A stretch of 64,000 nucleotides of DNA from Iphione sp. A-MEVVRFRX5 (Eukaryota), in contig OZ320314.1 of NCBI GenBank assembly GCA_976226885.1, positions 68,944,001 through 69,008,000 on the forward strand. The letters are read 5' to 3'. The translations under genes and the position numbers were made by a program. This document shows, in pieces, positions 1-12,999 of this stretch (its first letter is position 1; each line of letters starts with the position of its first letter). The notes beneath the pieces were generated by a model that saw nothing but the letters and a program-made list of their open reading frames with translations, was not told where the DNA came from and searched no databases.

Positions 1-28
1 AAGCCATCTTGGGTACACAAAGTCATAT

Positions 29-400
29 AATTAGTAGATAACACATATATGAGCTTACCAGTGAAATATGATCTTGACTTTAGGATACAGCAACACACAG
101 GTGTACATCTGAGATACGATCACGTGACATTGTATCCAACCGTAGCCATCATGTCAAAGGAGTATAACAGCAATAACAAACACTGGAAGTCAATGGTTGC
201 TTTTTGAAATATGCTCCACAGACTATTGCAGCCACTTTTGTTCAGAACAGAGGGTGATAATTTTGTTGAGGTTTCACCGAACTTTCTTTGTCTTCAGGAG
301 GGTTCAGTCCTGCAACCAGAGCATAGTTCCAATTCATGTGAAAAGGCAGATCGCAGGCAGGAAATTAAAGAGCCAATTTCTGTTTCCTAGCAATGCACAC
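29..400 (-). mobile_element. Relic right end of a DIRS-type retrotransposon (terminal repeat plus possible decayed recombinase C-terminus)
   Basis: 29-129 closely matches 43511-43604 (aattagtaga..gagc(t)taccagtgaaatatgatcttgact(t/c)taggata..gtgtacatctgagata(c/t)gatca(c/t)gtgaca), the terminus of the DIRS element. Minus-strand translation near 230-330 (NYALVAGLNPPEDKESSVKPQQNYHP) loosely resembles the DIRS YR C-terminus. Confidence 0.5.
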
Positions 401-1048
401 ACAATGCAATGCAACATATACATGCAATGCAGGTATGGACACATCGTGAATAATTGAGTTTGCACCCCACAGCTACGTGCTGATCTCTACTTACGGACTC
501 GACTAAACGCAAGTACAGAGCGAGTATCTTGTATAAGACCCGGAAAATCACAAGGTCTTACCATGTTTGAGGATTACATCATATTCATGTACACACGATA
601 TCGTTCGGGTTCGTCGTCAACTCTTCAGGACAGTTATCCATCCTTTTGTGTCTTTATGTGTGTGTATATATATACATGTATATGTACGTTTGTAGGGGGG
701 TGCGGTAATACAAAGTGAGTTTCTTAATTGCCATGCAATCGGTGAGTCCTGAGGGTTTGTCGTCCAGTCAGTCACGAGCGCCGCTCTTTCTGGCACCAGA
801 CCAGTTAATTGAAAGTATACATGTATTTCGAGAATAAATTACTTATATCCATGTACATGTATATTTGTGCACGAACCCATACACACGCGCACATGTGCAC
901 TATTAGACACACAGATAGAATCTGTCTCTATTCGCCTTAACACAAAGGCACACACACATACACACCTAAACACGCGAAAGGATGGGTGACTGTTAGCCGC
1001 AATATTACACTGCCATACTACCGTTACCCTTTGTCACTGTTAAACTAT

Positions 1049-1097
<49 letters not shown>

Positions 1098-1107
1098 TGT
1101 CTGTCTG
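1049..1107. repeat. Compound tetranucleotide microsatellite (CTGC)n(CTGT)n
   Basis: Seen directly: gcct repeated about 11 times, followed by gtct repeats. Confidence 0.95.
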
Positions 1108-1189
1108 ATACACAATCCTCCACTGATACGTACAAACACACGAGGCCACAGGACCCGCAGATGGTGTGCTCCATTTATCATGTTCTCAC

Positions 1190-1423
1190 CTCCGCTGTAT
1201 TGACGAACATAACATCCAGGTCATTACTTAGAGGTACGGGGGGTGAGCTGGAAGGGCCCCCGACATTTGCATCCGCCTCAGCGTCGCCCTCTTTGGTTAG
1301 GCGGCCTCCACTGATGCCCTCCGCGACGAAGGAACTCATATCCGACCACCACAAATCGCCGCGTCCACTTACAAGGCCATAAATGCCCGGGATAAATGCA
1401 GCCTTTAGTGTGCTGGTGTCCGC
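1190..1423 (-). CDS. Candidate internal coding exon (78 codons, phase 0/0), unknown product, probably gene B
   Basis: Acceptor caattag|GCG and donor GAG|gtgaga enclose a stop-free 234-nt frame, ADTSTLKAAFIPGIYGLVSGRGDLWWSDMSSFVAEG...DVMFVNTAE. It is GC-rich relative to its flanks and absent from the ORF track. Confidence 0.6.
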
Positions 1424-3029
1424 CTAATTGTGATGTATGGTGGGTAGAGATGTCAATCTCTCGGCCACAAATATTTCACCTCCAGAGTACCCTCCACGCT
1501 GTCCACTCGATCCTGTGATTCTCTTAACACTACCAAAAACAAATCACTTTTTTTTCTTGTGTGTATGTAATTCCAATGAATGCAGATCCGTTGTGAATGA
1601 CCCTGGAGAGGTTCTCGTTAAAAATGGTGATAAGACACGAAGTGAGCGAAAATGTGTACACTAGCCAAGCCACGTACGTGAGATAGACATTTAAATGCCC
1701 AACAGTGGGAAGCAGTCGGCTGGGTCGGGTGCATGGGCAGGAGGGGGCAGACGGCCTGCGGGGAATCTAACCTGATCGGAGGGCCCAGCGCCGGGTTCCA
1801 ACCTGTGGGAGGTTTCATGTGCCCGTCAGACGATCTACCCCTTGAAGGCATCACCATGTTAATTAGCCTACCTTAAATATACCGAACCCGCAGGAAAGAT
1901 CTCGAAAGTCCCATGTAGGTTTGACATCGCCAAAAAATTAAATTAGGCGGATTTTAGGGAGAAAAAGGATGAGAGGAGGATAAGTAACCTGGAATACAAA
2001 TTATTGTTGAATCAATATCTATGCCTGCCAACTGCATAAATGTCAAAGTCTTCATTCAAACTCTTAACGTTTTCATATAGAGATATACACGTACTTGACC
2101 ATCTTTCAGCGACGAAAACGTAAGAAAACCTGACAAGAATGGTTATCTGTAGATGTGCCCGTACATTGAAACATGGAGATACATTCTAGACATTCCACTT
2201 CCAAGGTTTTGAGTGTGTATTGTGCACACTTGACCTTATACTGTGGTCTCTCCCACTTGAGCTCCAAAGCTCTGTAAACGATGTAATCAATAGTCAATCA
2301 AGTAAAGATAGAAACCCTCTGAGGGAAATGTAGAAATAATACATGAGGCGCTCCCGTAGACTTAATTAGACGTGCGATATCCCAGTCAACCAAACAATGA
2401 TGCACTATTTGTTAACAAGGAGCAAGACTTAACGACACAGATGAGTAGTGACAAGAATTTTATGGCTGTGACTTGACTGATATTTGTAATAAGAAATTGC
2501 TGCGTATTCAAAATGGCATTCATATCAAAGGGACGAGCTATTCAGTTGGTATTCAGAAGTCTAACCATGTACACAAAAGCCTCGATGAAGGACTTCACTT
2601 ATGATATACTTCACTCATAATAACATATTTTCAAAGATGAAGAAAGTTTGTTCTCAAGAAAAACATGTTTCCTGATCCTGCAGCACAGCTCTTGGTGGCG
2701 ATTTTTTGAAAATCAGTAGTGACCTTCTCATAAAATGGTATACAATGCCTGCCTAATACATGTGGTGTACACCATGTACGAGCACATGTGAAAATACATG
2801 TTTTGCATGGAAACCTCATGTAAACCCAGCATATGAGGACGTGATCGTCTGCGTCCAGGTCACACATGCCCCCAGGAGAGTGGTGTTTAAGACGCAACAC
2901 TTACATCATTATCTATCATTCATTTTACTGCAAAAGAAAAATAATCGCAGTTTTCAAATGAGTTTGGGGTATCTACTGGCAAATAAATAACAATGTACAC
3001 AAATCTTACTCCTGCTTCGTGCATGGCTA

Positions 3030-3176
3030 TTACAAAAGACAGCTTCTTTCAGAGAAGTAGGGAAAAGAGCCGCTTCCTGGTCTGTATGCAGCCTTGCTAA
3101 CGGTGCTCGTAAAAACAAGGCAGGTGCGGTAGGCGTGTTTACAAGGGACGGATACTGCTTCGTCTATTGAGTCAGC
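3030..3176 (-). CDS. Possible terminal coding exon of a gene B isoform
   Basis: Strong acceptor atgttttttttggtgcag|GCT in phase 0 matches the phase-0 donor at 5574. Reads ADSIDEAVSVPCKHAYRTC...SCLL*. No convincing in-frame donor before the stop. Confidence 0.3.
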   Translation of the reverse strand, partial: ADSIDEAVSVPCKHAYRTCLVFTSTVSKAAYRPGSGSFPYFSERSCLL

Positions 3177-5573
3177 CTGCACCAAAAAAAACATATAACC
3201 AATACCTACTCGTTTCACTGTTATCCACTCTGTGGGTGACATGGCCCAGAGGATCAAAGACTACTCGGCGCCTGTCAAATTAAAATAGAAGATGCTGATG
3301 AAACCGCCTCAATGAGTAAACAGGTCCGTTTCTTGGTTGAAGATTGGTCCAGACTAACGCAGCCACATCCGTGTAGCATATCTTTCACAAAGGTTGCAGG
3401 CAATCTTGGCTGTAGGTCACCGTCGTAACAATATGGGAAAAAAGTTCTCGGCTACTTCACCATAATAGGCGCGTCCAAACGAACTTTGGATCATTGTGTG
3501 TGTGGCAAAATTCACCTATACTATTATAACTTATGAAGTCAGACAGAAAATACATGTATGTGTTGTAGTGGAGGTCTGAAGCTTGTCCATAACGCAGAAC
3601 CTATGAACTGGACATATTAGACATAGGTGATTCGTTCTCTTTATCATCTCATAATTCAACACTCTGCCAGGGAAGGGGGCAACACAAAACAGTGCATAAT
3701 CGGCCGCGCTGCGATAACAGGCCAATATCATACCTCTATAACCCATGCTAAGTAGATGGTATCTAATACAGGTATTAAGAGTTGATCCCCACTGCACGAA
3801 TCGTTTGTTGACTAGGTACATATGGTCATATGATGGTGTATGTCCAATGAATGGATACGTCCAAGTAAGCATGTACATGTAAGTACAAAATGTCCTCTGG
3901 GACGACGTTCTGGATTTCTACAAAGGTTTGATAGATTTACTCCACATTCAAGATGATTTCAGTGGTGGCTAAGTGACTCAAACCATGCATTTTCTATCAC
4001 CTATTATGTGATGGCGTCCAGTGATTGCTTCATTACGGATGAGGAAGTCACGGTAGAAATGATATAGATGTACACTGTATAACGTTATCTGAACGTACGG
4101 TACCACTGTATCCTTGAAACAACTAACAGACCGCAGATGCAGTACTTCTTTCCGCACACGAAAATATAACGATTGAAATACTAAATTTCTGCCCTCATTT
4201 TCAGGTAGGAAGATACGTGTGCCTTGATTTGAAGGGCAACATTTATGTCTAAATTAGTGAACTACGTAGACACGCATTTATCCGAGTGAATTATATCACT
4301 TGAAATTCAGTTATGTCAAATTGTATAGAACAATAAATCTTCATGTGTAGACATAAATCATTTTATGTCTTTATTTATAAGGATCACCTCCAGAGCCAGG
4401 TTACGTAAAGCGTTACAAGTTAACCTGCATAGTCTGGGCTCAATCACCACCACTCAGTTGACCCTAGAGAAAGGTCACTCACCAATGAATACCTTGCAGC
4501 CAAACATATGATGCTTAATGAGCCATAGGCATTATTCTGGACCTCTATCGTTATCAAAGTGAGATAATAATCGCATCTATACACAAACAGAAATTATTAC
4601 ACAAATCTATGCAGCATTTTATCCACAAAGACCAACTTGCTGACAGTTGTTAGGAGGTTGCTGAAGCAGTGATTATGACGTCACGATCACTGCATGGGTT
4701 CCAATGACCTATGCAGACCATTGAACTGAACATTTCAGGTTTCAAGGTAGCGTCAACGCGGTTTATGGGCTTTGGCGCCACATCTAATATATATAATAAC
4801 GCAGTCTCAATGTAATATCTCTATTTCTCAAACGGTAAGGTTAAAAAAAGCCACGATAAACAATTTTCCAAATTAATTTCAAATCCCTAAATGTACAAGT
4901 TTAAAGCTTGATAACTCTACAAAGTTCAGACAGGTTACCCGAAGGTCAGATGGTCTATACTGCAGCGCTCCTGAGTTCCCTAGCTAAAGACAAGGGTACT
5001 ACAGGGAGGAGGACCCATGAGGTCTACTGTCCCCCAGCAGCCATTCAATCAAGTGGAACTAATAAGTTCTGCTTGGATGGGCAGACTATGTCATAGCTTA
5101 TTGCATTGAAATCTACAAACCAGCTGGATCTGTGTGTGTATATCTGTATGTGCAATTAGATATTAAAACATAAATGTGATCTTAAGTTATATGGAATAAC
5201 ACAAAAAAGTAGGACACTCAGACAGCAATATTCCTACAGCCACCCTTCTCTATACGGTGGGGGGACAAAAATAAAACAAATTCAGAACAGTGTGTAACTG
5301 GTAACTTAATCCATATTGTATGAACTCAGTGAGCAGGTTCATTGAGTTCAGCTGGTTTCACATGTACACGTTGGCTTTTCCACAATGGTGCATGGTTTAT
5401 GAAACCCCCATGGAGAGGCATGAATGATATAATACTAGATGTCCAGCGGACTACCTAACGTGTGTGTGAATAAGCTAGTTGAGTTGTTCCTCCAGCAACA
5501 CAAACATGTCTATTCTTCCCAAAAGGACGCATGTGAAACTGGCATTAATCAATGCTATGCAGCATATATTTAC

Positions 5574-6980
5574 CTTCAACTGTCGCCAATAGGCGGCTTC
5601 ATCTGTTATAACGATAGACCTCTTAAGCAGTATCCTCTTCTGTGGAGCAGACGTATATCTTTTAGTGGGTGTCGTCAAGCAAGGTGGCTGGTCCCTCTCC
5701 GCGTACTTTGCCCTGCCTTTAGATGTCTGAGGCCACGACAACCAAGAATGTATCGACTCTCTTCCATGGGTCTTCGACTCGCCTTCGGTCGCCTGTTTCC
5801 CTGAGAACCCGTCCTCGCACTCATCTGGGCCCGGTTGTGCTGAGCTGCTCTCCCCCTCCGACGAAATGCTGATGGCTGTACTGGATGACTGCGTGCTGAC
5901 GCGGCGGCTGGTGGCCAAGCTGCCATCCTCTTCATCTTCAACAGACTTACCGGGTAGGAACGTCGTCAGGTCGGTCTGGGCAGGATGACGCGTGCTGCGG
6001 TTACGGATGATCCCCACCAACTGCGGCGACTCGCCTGGGTCCTGGATCCTGGGTAGAACAGGCAGGTGTTCTGCTGCCGACTGTTCGTCAAACAAGCTCT
6101 TCCAAGCCGTGTGTTCAGGCGGAACAGAACGGGCGCTCAGGTCTCTGGTGGAAAAGCTGCGGGTGGCAGCATCTCGTTTGATTTGCGCTGATCTAGATTG
6201 CCGCTGTTTTGAGACGGTCCGCCCTGAGGACCTTGCAGGACCGGACTCGGCTTTCTTGCCCAGGTCGGGTAAGGACTGGAGGCTCCCACTGACGGCGGGA
6301 CCGAGAAGCGCCCGCCGCCGCTCTTCTCTGAAGGCCTCGTCCCGAGGCGTCTCTACCAAAGAGGAGACGCTACCTGTGAGGGGACCAGACAATAGCTCGG
6401 CCTCACGCGCGGTCGCAGTGCTCCTGCTAAATGGCAGCTCAACGACCTCTTCCTCGATGAAGACTCCTCTCATGGGCCTCGCTCCAAGCGGCTGGTTGTG
6501 ACTGCCTGCACGGCGCCGGGTGATAGCTGAAGACCTCGATCCACCCGTGCCGGGTGCTGTCGACCCCAGAGCTCGGTCGAGACCTCGAGACATGCGACGG
6601 ATGGCCTCCATGTTCTGGACACGCCGAGGAGGCTGTGCGCTGACCGTGTACTTTCCAGGGTCTCGAGTCGGTTTCCAAGGTTTCGACTTGATTTTCTTCC
6701 GAACACTACCCGCCTTGTCTTCCTCCGGTTTTTCCTGGGTTTGCTCTGGCTCACTGACGTCATGATCGCATTTATCTGTTTCGTCTTTCTTAGTTTCCCG
6801 TACAGAAAATTCGGTGGACTTACAAGCCGCTTCAGTAACTCCTTTAGTCAGTGACGATGATCTTTCGGGCAGGGGATCTATGGGTATGTCCACCTTAGTA
6901 AGCTGTTGAGACACATTCCCACCAGCCGTGTGTATCTCCCTAGCCATTAACATAGTTATAGGTGCTGTACACGTCTTCAA
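5574..6980 (-). CDS. Large coding exon of gene B (469 codons), Ser/Arg/Glu-rich, predicted largely disordered
   Basis: Lies within the 501-aa ORF 5475-6980. Acceptor tttttgtccag|TTG at 6980 and donor AAG|gtaaat at 5574, both phase 0. Several RRxS/T motifs. No recognisable domain. Confidence 0.9.
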
Positions 6981-8529
6981 CTGGACAAAAAATACCCTAC
7001 AAATATCGGTCGTATGTCACGAATCAACAGACACTTCAATCAACCGCTACCTGATCCAGCATGGAAACACAGCACAAATACTCCTCCTTTTTAAGGTGGA
7101 AATGGTGGTTTTTGCTCCAGATTTCAAACGCAGTCAAAGTACGATATTCTTGTAAGTGGCAATAGACTACAACTGAATATAGATCCTACGCTATTGCGAT
7201 CCCAGAGTCGGCAATACTAATGAAATATGCCTTCTACTGAAGCCTCTTATGGTTAAATTATCATGTCAAAGACACAAAGGATACATAAGGCTGCGCAGTC
7301 GTAGTCGAAGCATAGCACACAAAAGGACTCCAGACATAAAGCCGGGTAGATCAAGGTGGAGTATACCAGTCGCGTACCAACATGAACCGACTGACACTAG
7401 TATAATTGAGCAAAAGCTATGTGTACAGATGAATACAGACTGTCTATGCCATCAACGCTCTACATTATTACATTGAGAATAATACATACAGGAGTTAAGT
7501 GCATGTAATGTCGCGACTTATTGGTCAGGTAATACAAGTCCTAATAGCTTACATTCAAACAGCTCTGATGGACCTGTTTAATTAAACGCAACGAATCTCA
7601 AATTTTACGTTATATCGGTATCTTCTGGCTGCCGAAGAACTGGATGTACGCACAAAAAACTGTGGCAGGTTTTGGTACACTTCTAAATTCATTAATGAAA
7701 ATTCAAATGAAGTTCAGCATCAAATAAAGCCGATCGAGCCGTTCATTTTGGAGGATTATGGATATCGACTACTATACGACTCCTAGAGGGCACAGTCTGT
7801 ACTAGAGTTAATGGTATTTACTGCAGGATAAGAGAGAATTAACCTTCCCCTATACACTGTAATGTTAAGGATGGCGCTTCTTTTGCCCACCGTTATGAGG
7901 TGTTTCCTTATCCACCGAGCAGCCGGGAGCAGTCTTTAATAAAGCAGGAGAATCGAGCAGTTCCTCGGGCGCTCGATCCGTCTTCTATACGCTGCGCGGA
8001 GTCGAGGGAAATGAGAGGGGTTCCCATCTCAATGCCCCTCTCGGGACTATGCATAGAAGGACTCTTTCAATTATTAATATGTAAATAGATAAATAGAGTT
8101 CCACACTATATGTTTACTACGGTGTTAGTTGGTGATCTGGATACAATGGACACTGAATGACCGTCATATTTTTATTCAAGCAACCGGGCACATCTTCAGT
8201 CGAGTTGGGTTTTTAAAACATTTTTCATATGTAAAAAGCTCTGCTGAATATGTATTTTATTGCATGAATTTGAGATATAAACTCTCAGTAAAAAAAATCT
8301 ATAACAATAAAAACGCGACTGGTTTGTTCGCTCGCCCCACTGGAGGATGGGTTTGGAGATTATTTACAGATTACTGGGTCGATATATTTCTACGCCAGCT
8401 CCTAAGTAGATGTTCGTACCTGTCACCGACAGGGTAGTAGTATGGTTTCCCGCCACTGCGCTTATTTAATCAGAATCTACTTGCACGGCCCTCCGAGAGC
8501 AATTTTATTACCGTCTGCATGGTACTTAC

Positions 8530-9427
8530 CGAGTGACTCCTGAGTAAGGGATTAACGAGTTCGTCGTCCTGGTCGGAGAGGTCGCTGTCCGAGTCGGTGG
8601 GTACGACGATGTGCAGTTTTTTGCCTCTTGATCTCCACTGCTCGCGGTAATGGCGTCGGATGCGGGCCAGACGCTGCTCGATGGTCTCCTGGTCGCCGTT
8701 CTGGGCCGTCGACGTGCCGTCGCCCCCGTTGTCCGCGTCAGAGCCGTCGTGCTGACCGCCCGCCTCGCCGGCCAGCTCCTTGCGCATGCGCTCGGCGTCT
8801 TCGGACGAGATGGTTCCGGTTAAGTGCAGCGTGTAACCGTTGGCTTCCCTTAGCATGTCCCACAATGGGGTCGGCTTGTTTCTCTCCGCCTCCTCCTTCG
8901 CCGCTGCTTCTTCTGCGGCTTTCCGCTGGGCCTCCTCTTCCTGTTCCTTCTTCGCCCTTCTCTCTGCCTCCTCCTCCTCCTCCCCTTTCTTTACCTGTTC
9001 AGTGGCGAGATCCTTAACTTCCGTTTCTTCAATCCCAAAGATGTCATCAAAGAAGTCCGGCCTTCCACCAAAACCATCGTTAGCCCCGGAGTGGGTGGCC
9101 GTCTCAGCCAAAGACTGCTTACCAGGACTGGACTCCTCGTCAAGGTCCGGCAGGCCTACTTTTGAAATCTCTGTCTCCACATTATCCGGCGCTTCTTCGA
9201 TGTTATCATCAGTGGAGTCGATATTCTGTATCTGTTGGCCGTCTCCAGTACGCCGACGACCAGTGATCATATCCAGTACGACAGAAGCGAAGAGCTCATC
9301 CTTAGCCACGCTCTGCTGCCTTTCCAACCGAACTTGCCGTTCTTCGGCCAACACCTTGTTGATCACCGAAGAAAATTTCTCCATCATGCACCTTGATATG
9401 AGAACACTTACCAAAAAGACGAAGTTT
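8530..9427 (-). CDS. Large coding exon of gene B (acidic, low complexity, with an E/K/R/A-rich helical segment); possible alternative first exon starting at MMEKF (9387)
   Basis: 314-aa ORF with GC3-rich codons. Strong donor TCG|gtaagt at 8530 (phase 0). Candidate acceptor cattttatcacag|A at 9427 is phase 2. The 5' boundary is uncertain. Confidence 0.85.
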
Positions 9428-11652
9428 CTGTGATAAAATGCTATTTACTGCATGCGGCGTCCTCAGCTGTCCGAGTGTTCTTTATCTGTTAAAGGCATAC
9501 GTCGAGGTCACAGCCTACTGTGAGCGGCTCTCTGACATATCAGACGCTCATATGCCCATCAGATTGGAAATCCTCCCAGTAAAAAGCTAGAGAGGAAGGT
9601 CCCCAGAGAGATAGCCATTGTGTGAGAGTGAAAGCTTTCTCCAGCGCTGCCAGTCACCATGGTGAGGTTCTTTGTAGAAAGCGCTTGTCGAGAAGGAATA
9701 TCTCAAAGGATCTCCGAGGTAGTCAATACGATCTGATGCAACATGCCAAAATAAGATTAGGTTATCACGGAATGAATCCACAGACGCATAGGCTGCAATT
9801 CGAAAATTGTGTCGATCAAGAGAAGTGATAACACAAACATCCAGGACACACCTCGATGTGCAGTAGTATACTCATTATCATTACAGCGCTACCTGTACAT
9901 AGATGAACACATCATGCAAAGATTTCAGTTAACGTTTAAAAAAGGATATACAATCAAGTTTATGAGGCGAGAGACCGGAAAATAGAAGAATTATTTTTGT
10001 GTGCCATTTCCTTGTAAACATCATTTATCCCTTATTTATGGCATTGGTTAGTACATTTCGTCTGTTCCTTAACGGAAGATGTACATGGTATCTTTTTTTG
10101 TGACATCAATAAATTCACTTAGCGCAAAATATGTCATGAATTATAATTCGGAAGTTAGATATCCTGTTTCCTATTGTGTCCCATATTAAACCATGACAAC
10201 AAGAGATGTATGCGGTTACGTTTAGTTCCTTTACTACACCCTGCCGGAAACAGTCACTAATGTACACGCCGAAAATAAACAAAACACGACTTGATGAACT
10301 TCTCAGCGTGATCCAGGTGTGTGCTCCCATTCTGGTATATAGCAATCAATCTTCCGGTACACTGTGATAATATAAAGCTACTTATTGCTCTAAGTAGTCT
10401 TCCCAATACTGTCAAAGAGGAAAGTCACATTAGCACTGTAGATAACACACCTGTTGCAACATGAAAACAGACCGTTTACTCAGGATTTCATGCCTTCCCA
10501 TCTTCCGGGAATTCCCTTGTGTCTCTCACCCACTGAGACGAGAGATAATTTAAGGAAAGACATTGACAGACTCTGGTGACGGGCGGAGCGCCTCGAGTAC
10601 TGCGAGGCGACCAGGCGACGGGCTACTGATTCCCTGGAGTGTCATTGGAGCAGGTCTAGGGGAGATAACCCTCTCCCCTGCCGCCTGTCTCCAGGCCTAT
10701 CTTCAGGCCAGGAACACCATAGCCCACAACGCTGAAGCACCAAACCTCAGCACCAATCCCAAATAAGGGCCAGCATGCTAGCCTCCCACCACCTCCCCGG
10801 CGTCCCAGAGGGATCTGCCTGCACGTCACTCCATCAACGCCCGACGACTCCTGGCGGCCACAACTGGAGCTAGCCAGGCGGCGTATGTGGCGCCGGCTGG
10901 TGGTTGGATCATGCTCCAGAAGTGTAAAAACGCAAGGAGAGTGCACGAATGACCAGGGTAACTCAGTGGTGGTACACGTACATCCTCAGCCATAACGTAT
11001 ATCAGACAAACCATCATGCAGGCGCACAATAATCGCTATCCGTATGTATTATGCATTTAGCGGAAAGAGCAGCGAGCATGCCCATAAAGTTGTCTCAACC
11101 CCATGGGAAGTTAGTGTGTACTTATTCATGCATTCATGCATGTGAGGTAAATGAGGAGACTTCATTCTAAAATAATGATATGCACATCGTTTTCCAAGGT
11201 GATTTTCTTGCCGAAAAGACATGATGATCACCAGGTCCCAACATGGACGAAAGAAAGCAATGAGATGCGAGGAAGCTGTAAAGTGGTCAATATGTAAACC
11301 AACCACACGATCCACTTCATCACTTGAAGACGTACATTTAAAGAACAACAATGGAAATGACAGGTAATTTAAACCGCAACGTATGTATGCATATTACTGA
11401 TGTGCTGTATCCAACAAATTTTATAAACCGTAACGCATGCAACGTCTTTACGATATAACTTACGCTCGACCAGGCTCCCTGAAAGAATTACCACAGTCAG
11501 GAAGTTAGTGTGCACTGTAGCATAATAAGCGACTGAACTACCTAAAGGGGATGAGTTATTCAAACATTAACGCAACATGTGCTTAAAACTTATGCAGTTT
11601 TTATTTCAATGTTCAGCAGCTCAAAAAAAAGCTCATACACTGCTCCTCTCAC

Positions 11653-12714
11653 CTGGCTGTCATGGTGGTCTACCTCACTGTTGGCAGACGACAAATGGTC
11701 GTCACCGGCGTCGCCCTCCTCCCACTCCGACATGGGCGTGTTGGAGCCGTGCTTTTTCTGCCTCTTGAGCTTGGCCTTCGCCCGCAGCACGGCCAGTCGC
11801 GCGTCCTCTACCTCCACCGAGTTCATCTCGTCCGTGTCGGGGGTCCCCTCCGGATCTTCGGAGCCCTGCTCCTTCCGATAATTGTGCGGGTCGTTAGGGG
11901 AATAAACATAATCCTCCCTCAGGTAGCGAAGCAGGGAAGGGGCCGGCGGCTCCTCCAGGGCCGCCTCCATCTGCTGCTTCAATAAAGACAGCCCCTCGGA
12001 GGACCCGCTCGGTGCTATGTCCACGGCGGCTGACGTGCCAGGGACCTGTTCGACGACGATGGGCTCTGGTACCACCTCCGCTTTGCTTGCCTCCACGGCG
12101 GCCTGCTCCACATCCGGCTGGTGGGCGGTAGGTACCCGCACGCCGTCAACATGCTCCTCCTTGCCCGCCGAACCCTCCTCGCGTATTGGCGGCTTACCAC
12201 GGATCATGTCGAGGACGACTGAAGTGAAGATGTCGCCTGAGGGCGTGCTCACCGCCGACTTCATTCTCTTGAGCTTCACTATGTTGTTGACAAAGGAGGA
12301 GAAGCCTCGTCGCTGGACCTTCAGCAAGACGTCCACCGACGGCCACTTATGACGTGCAGCCTGCGAGCCTGCGTCCGACATGTCGCCCACTTCTTCCGGG
12401 TCCTCCACATTGCTGTTGAAAGTGGCGTGGCCGCTCAGCTGGCTGCCCTGGTCTTCCTCCACCTCCGGAACTAAGCCTAACGACGACTCGGCTACGGGCG
12501 TGCTGCGGGCCCCCGAATCGTCCGCTATCTTGCTGATCTGCGTCTCGATGATCTTTCCATCGGGATCTTTCTCCTTCCGCTTCCTGTCAAAGGACACGCT
12601 AGTCTTCCGTCGCCTTTGATCCATTTTCAAACTCGGTGAGGCGCTCGATGACGGTAGATGAAGGTGAATTAAATGGTCACGTCCCGAACAGGTAACCAGA
12701 TCACCAACTCTACT
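11653..12714 (-). CDS. Large coding exon of gene B (up to 354 codons); likely start aaaATGG (MDQRRRK) at 12624
   Basis: 346-aa ORF, extendable in frame to acceptor ttattccag|AGT at 12714. Donor CAG|gtgaga at 11653 (phase 0). GC3-rich. Confidence 0.9.
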
Positions 12715-12999
12715 CTGGAATAAGCTGCGATGGGACTAAGTAACGGACAACTTGATTATATTGAAAGTTGTTCTGTTTTGTTCAGGCATGTGCGATCAAG
12801 TCCGTGACAACGAAAGGCGTTTGTTTCAGAATGCAAATATTCATAGAAGTGCCAGCAGGAGAAGAAGTAAACTGGAAAACGGCCATACCAACTAAAAAAA
12901 GACCGCGAATAAAGCAGCGCCTTTCAGCAATGCAACACTACCGGAGATCGTCGTCGCCAAGTCTTGTGGACAAAAAACACGATAATTAGGCTGGGTTTC

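Noticed and set aside
1480-1512. 33-nt exon DRVDSVEGTLE with good splice sites
   Set aside because: It would require a 56-nt intron to the 1423 acceptor, which is implausibly short. Kept only as a possible alternative.
5992-6765. Plus-strand ORFs 5992-6501, 6439-6678 and 6520-6765 as separate genes
   Set aside because: Antisense shadows of the GC-rich minus-strand exon. The S/L/F-rich composition is what reverse-complemented E/K/R codons give.
8628-9433. 197-aa and 129-aa plus-strand ORFs
   Set aside because: Mirror frames of the acidic 9 kb exon, with no independent splice or start support.
9587-9740. RKLSLSHNGYLSG as a leucine-rich repeat exon
   Set aside because: A single partial motif in a frame that ends in TAG with no donor, and in a phase incompatible with the 11653 donor.
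11579-12619. Plus-strand ORFs over the 12 kb exon
   Set aside because: Antisense shadows.
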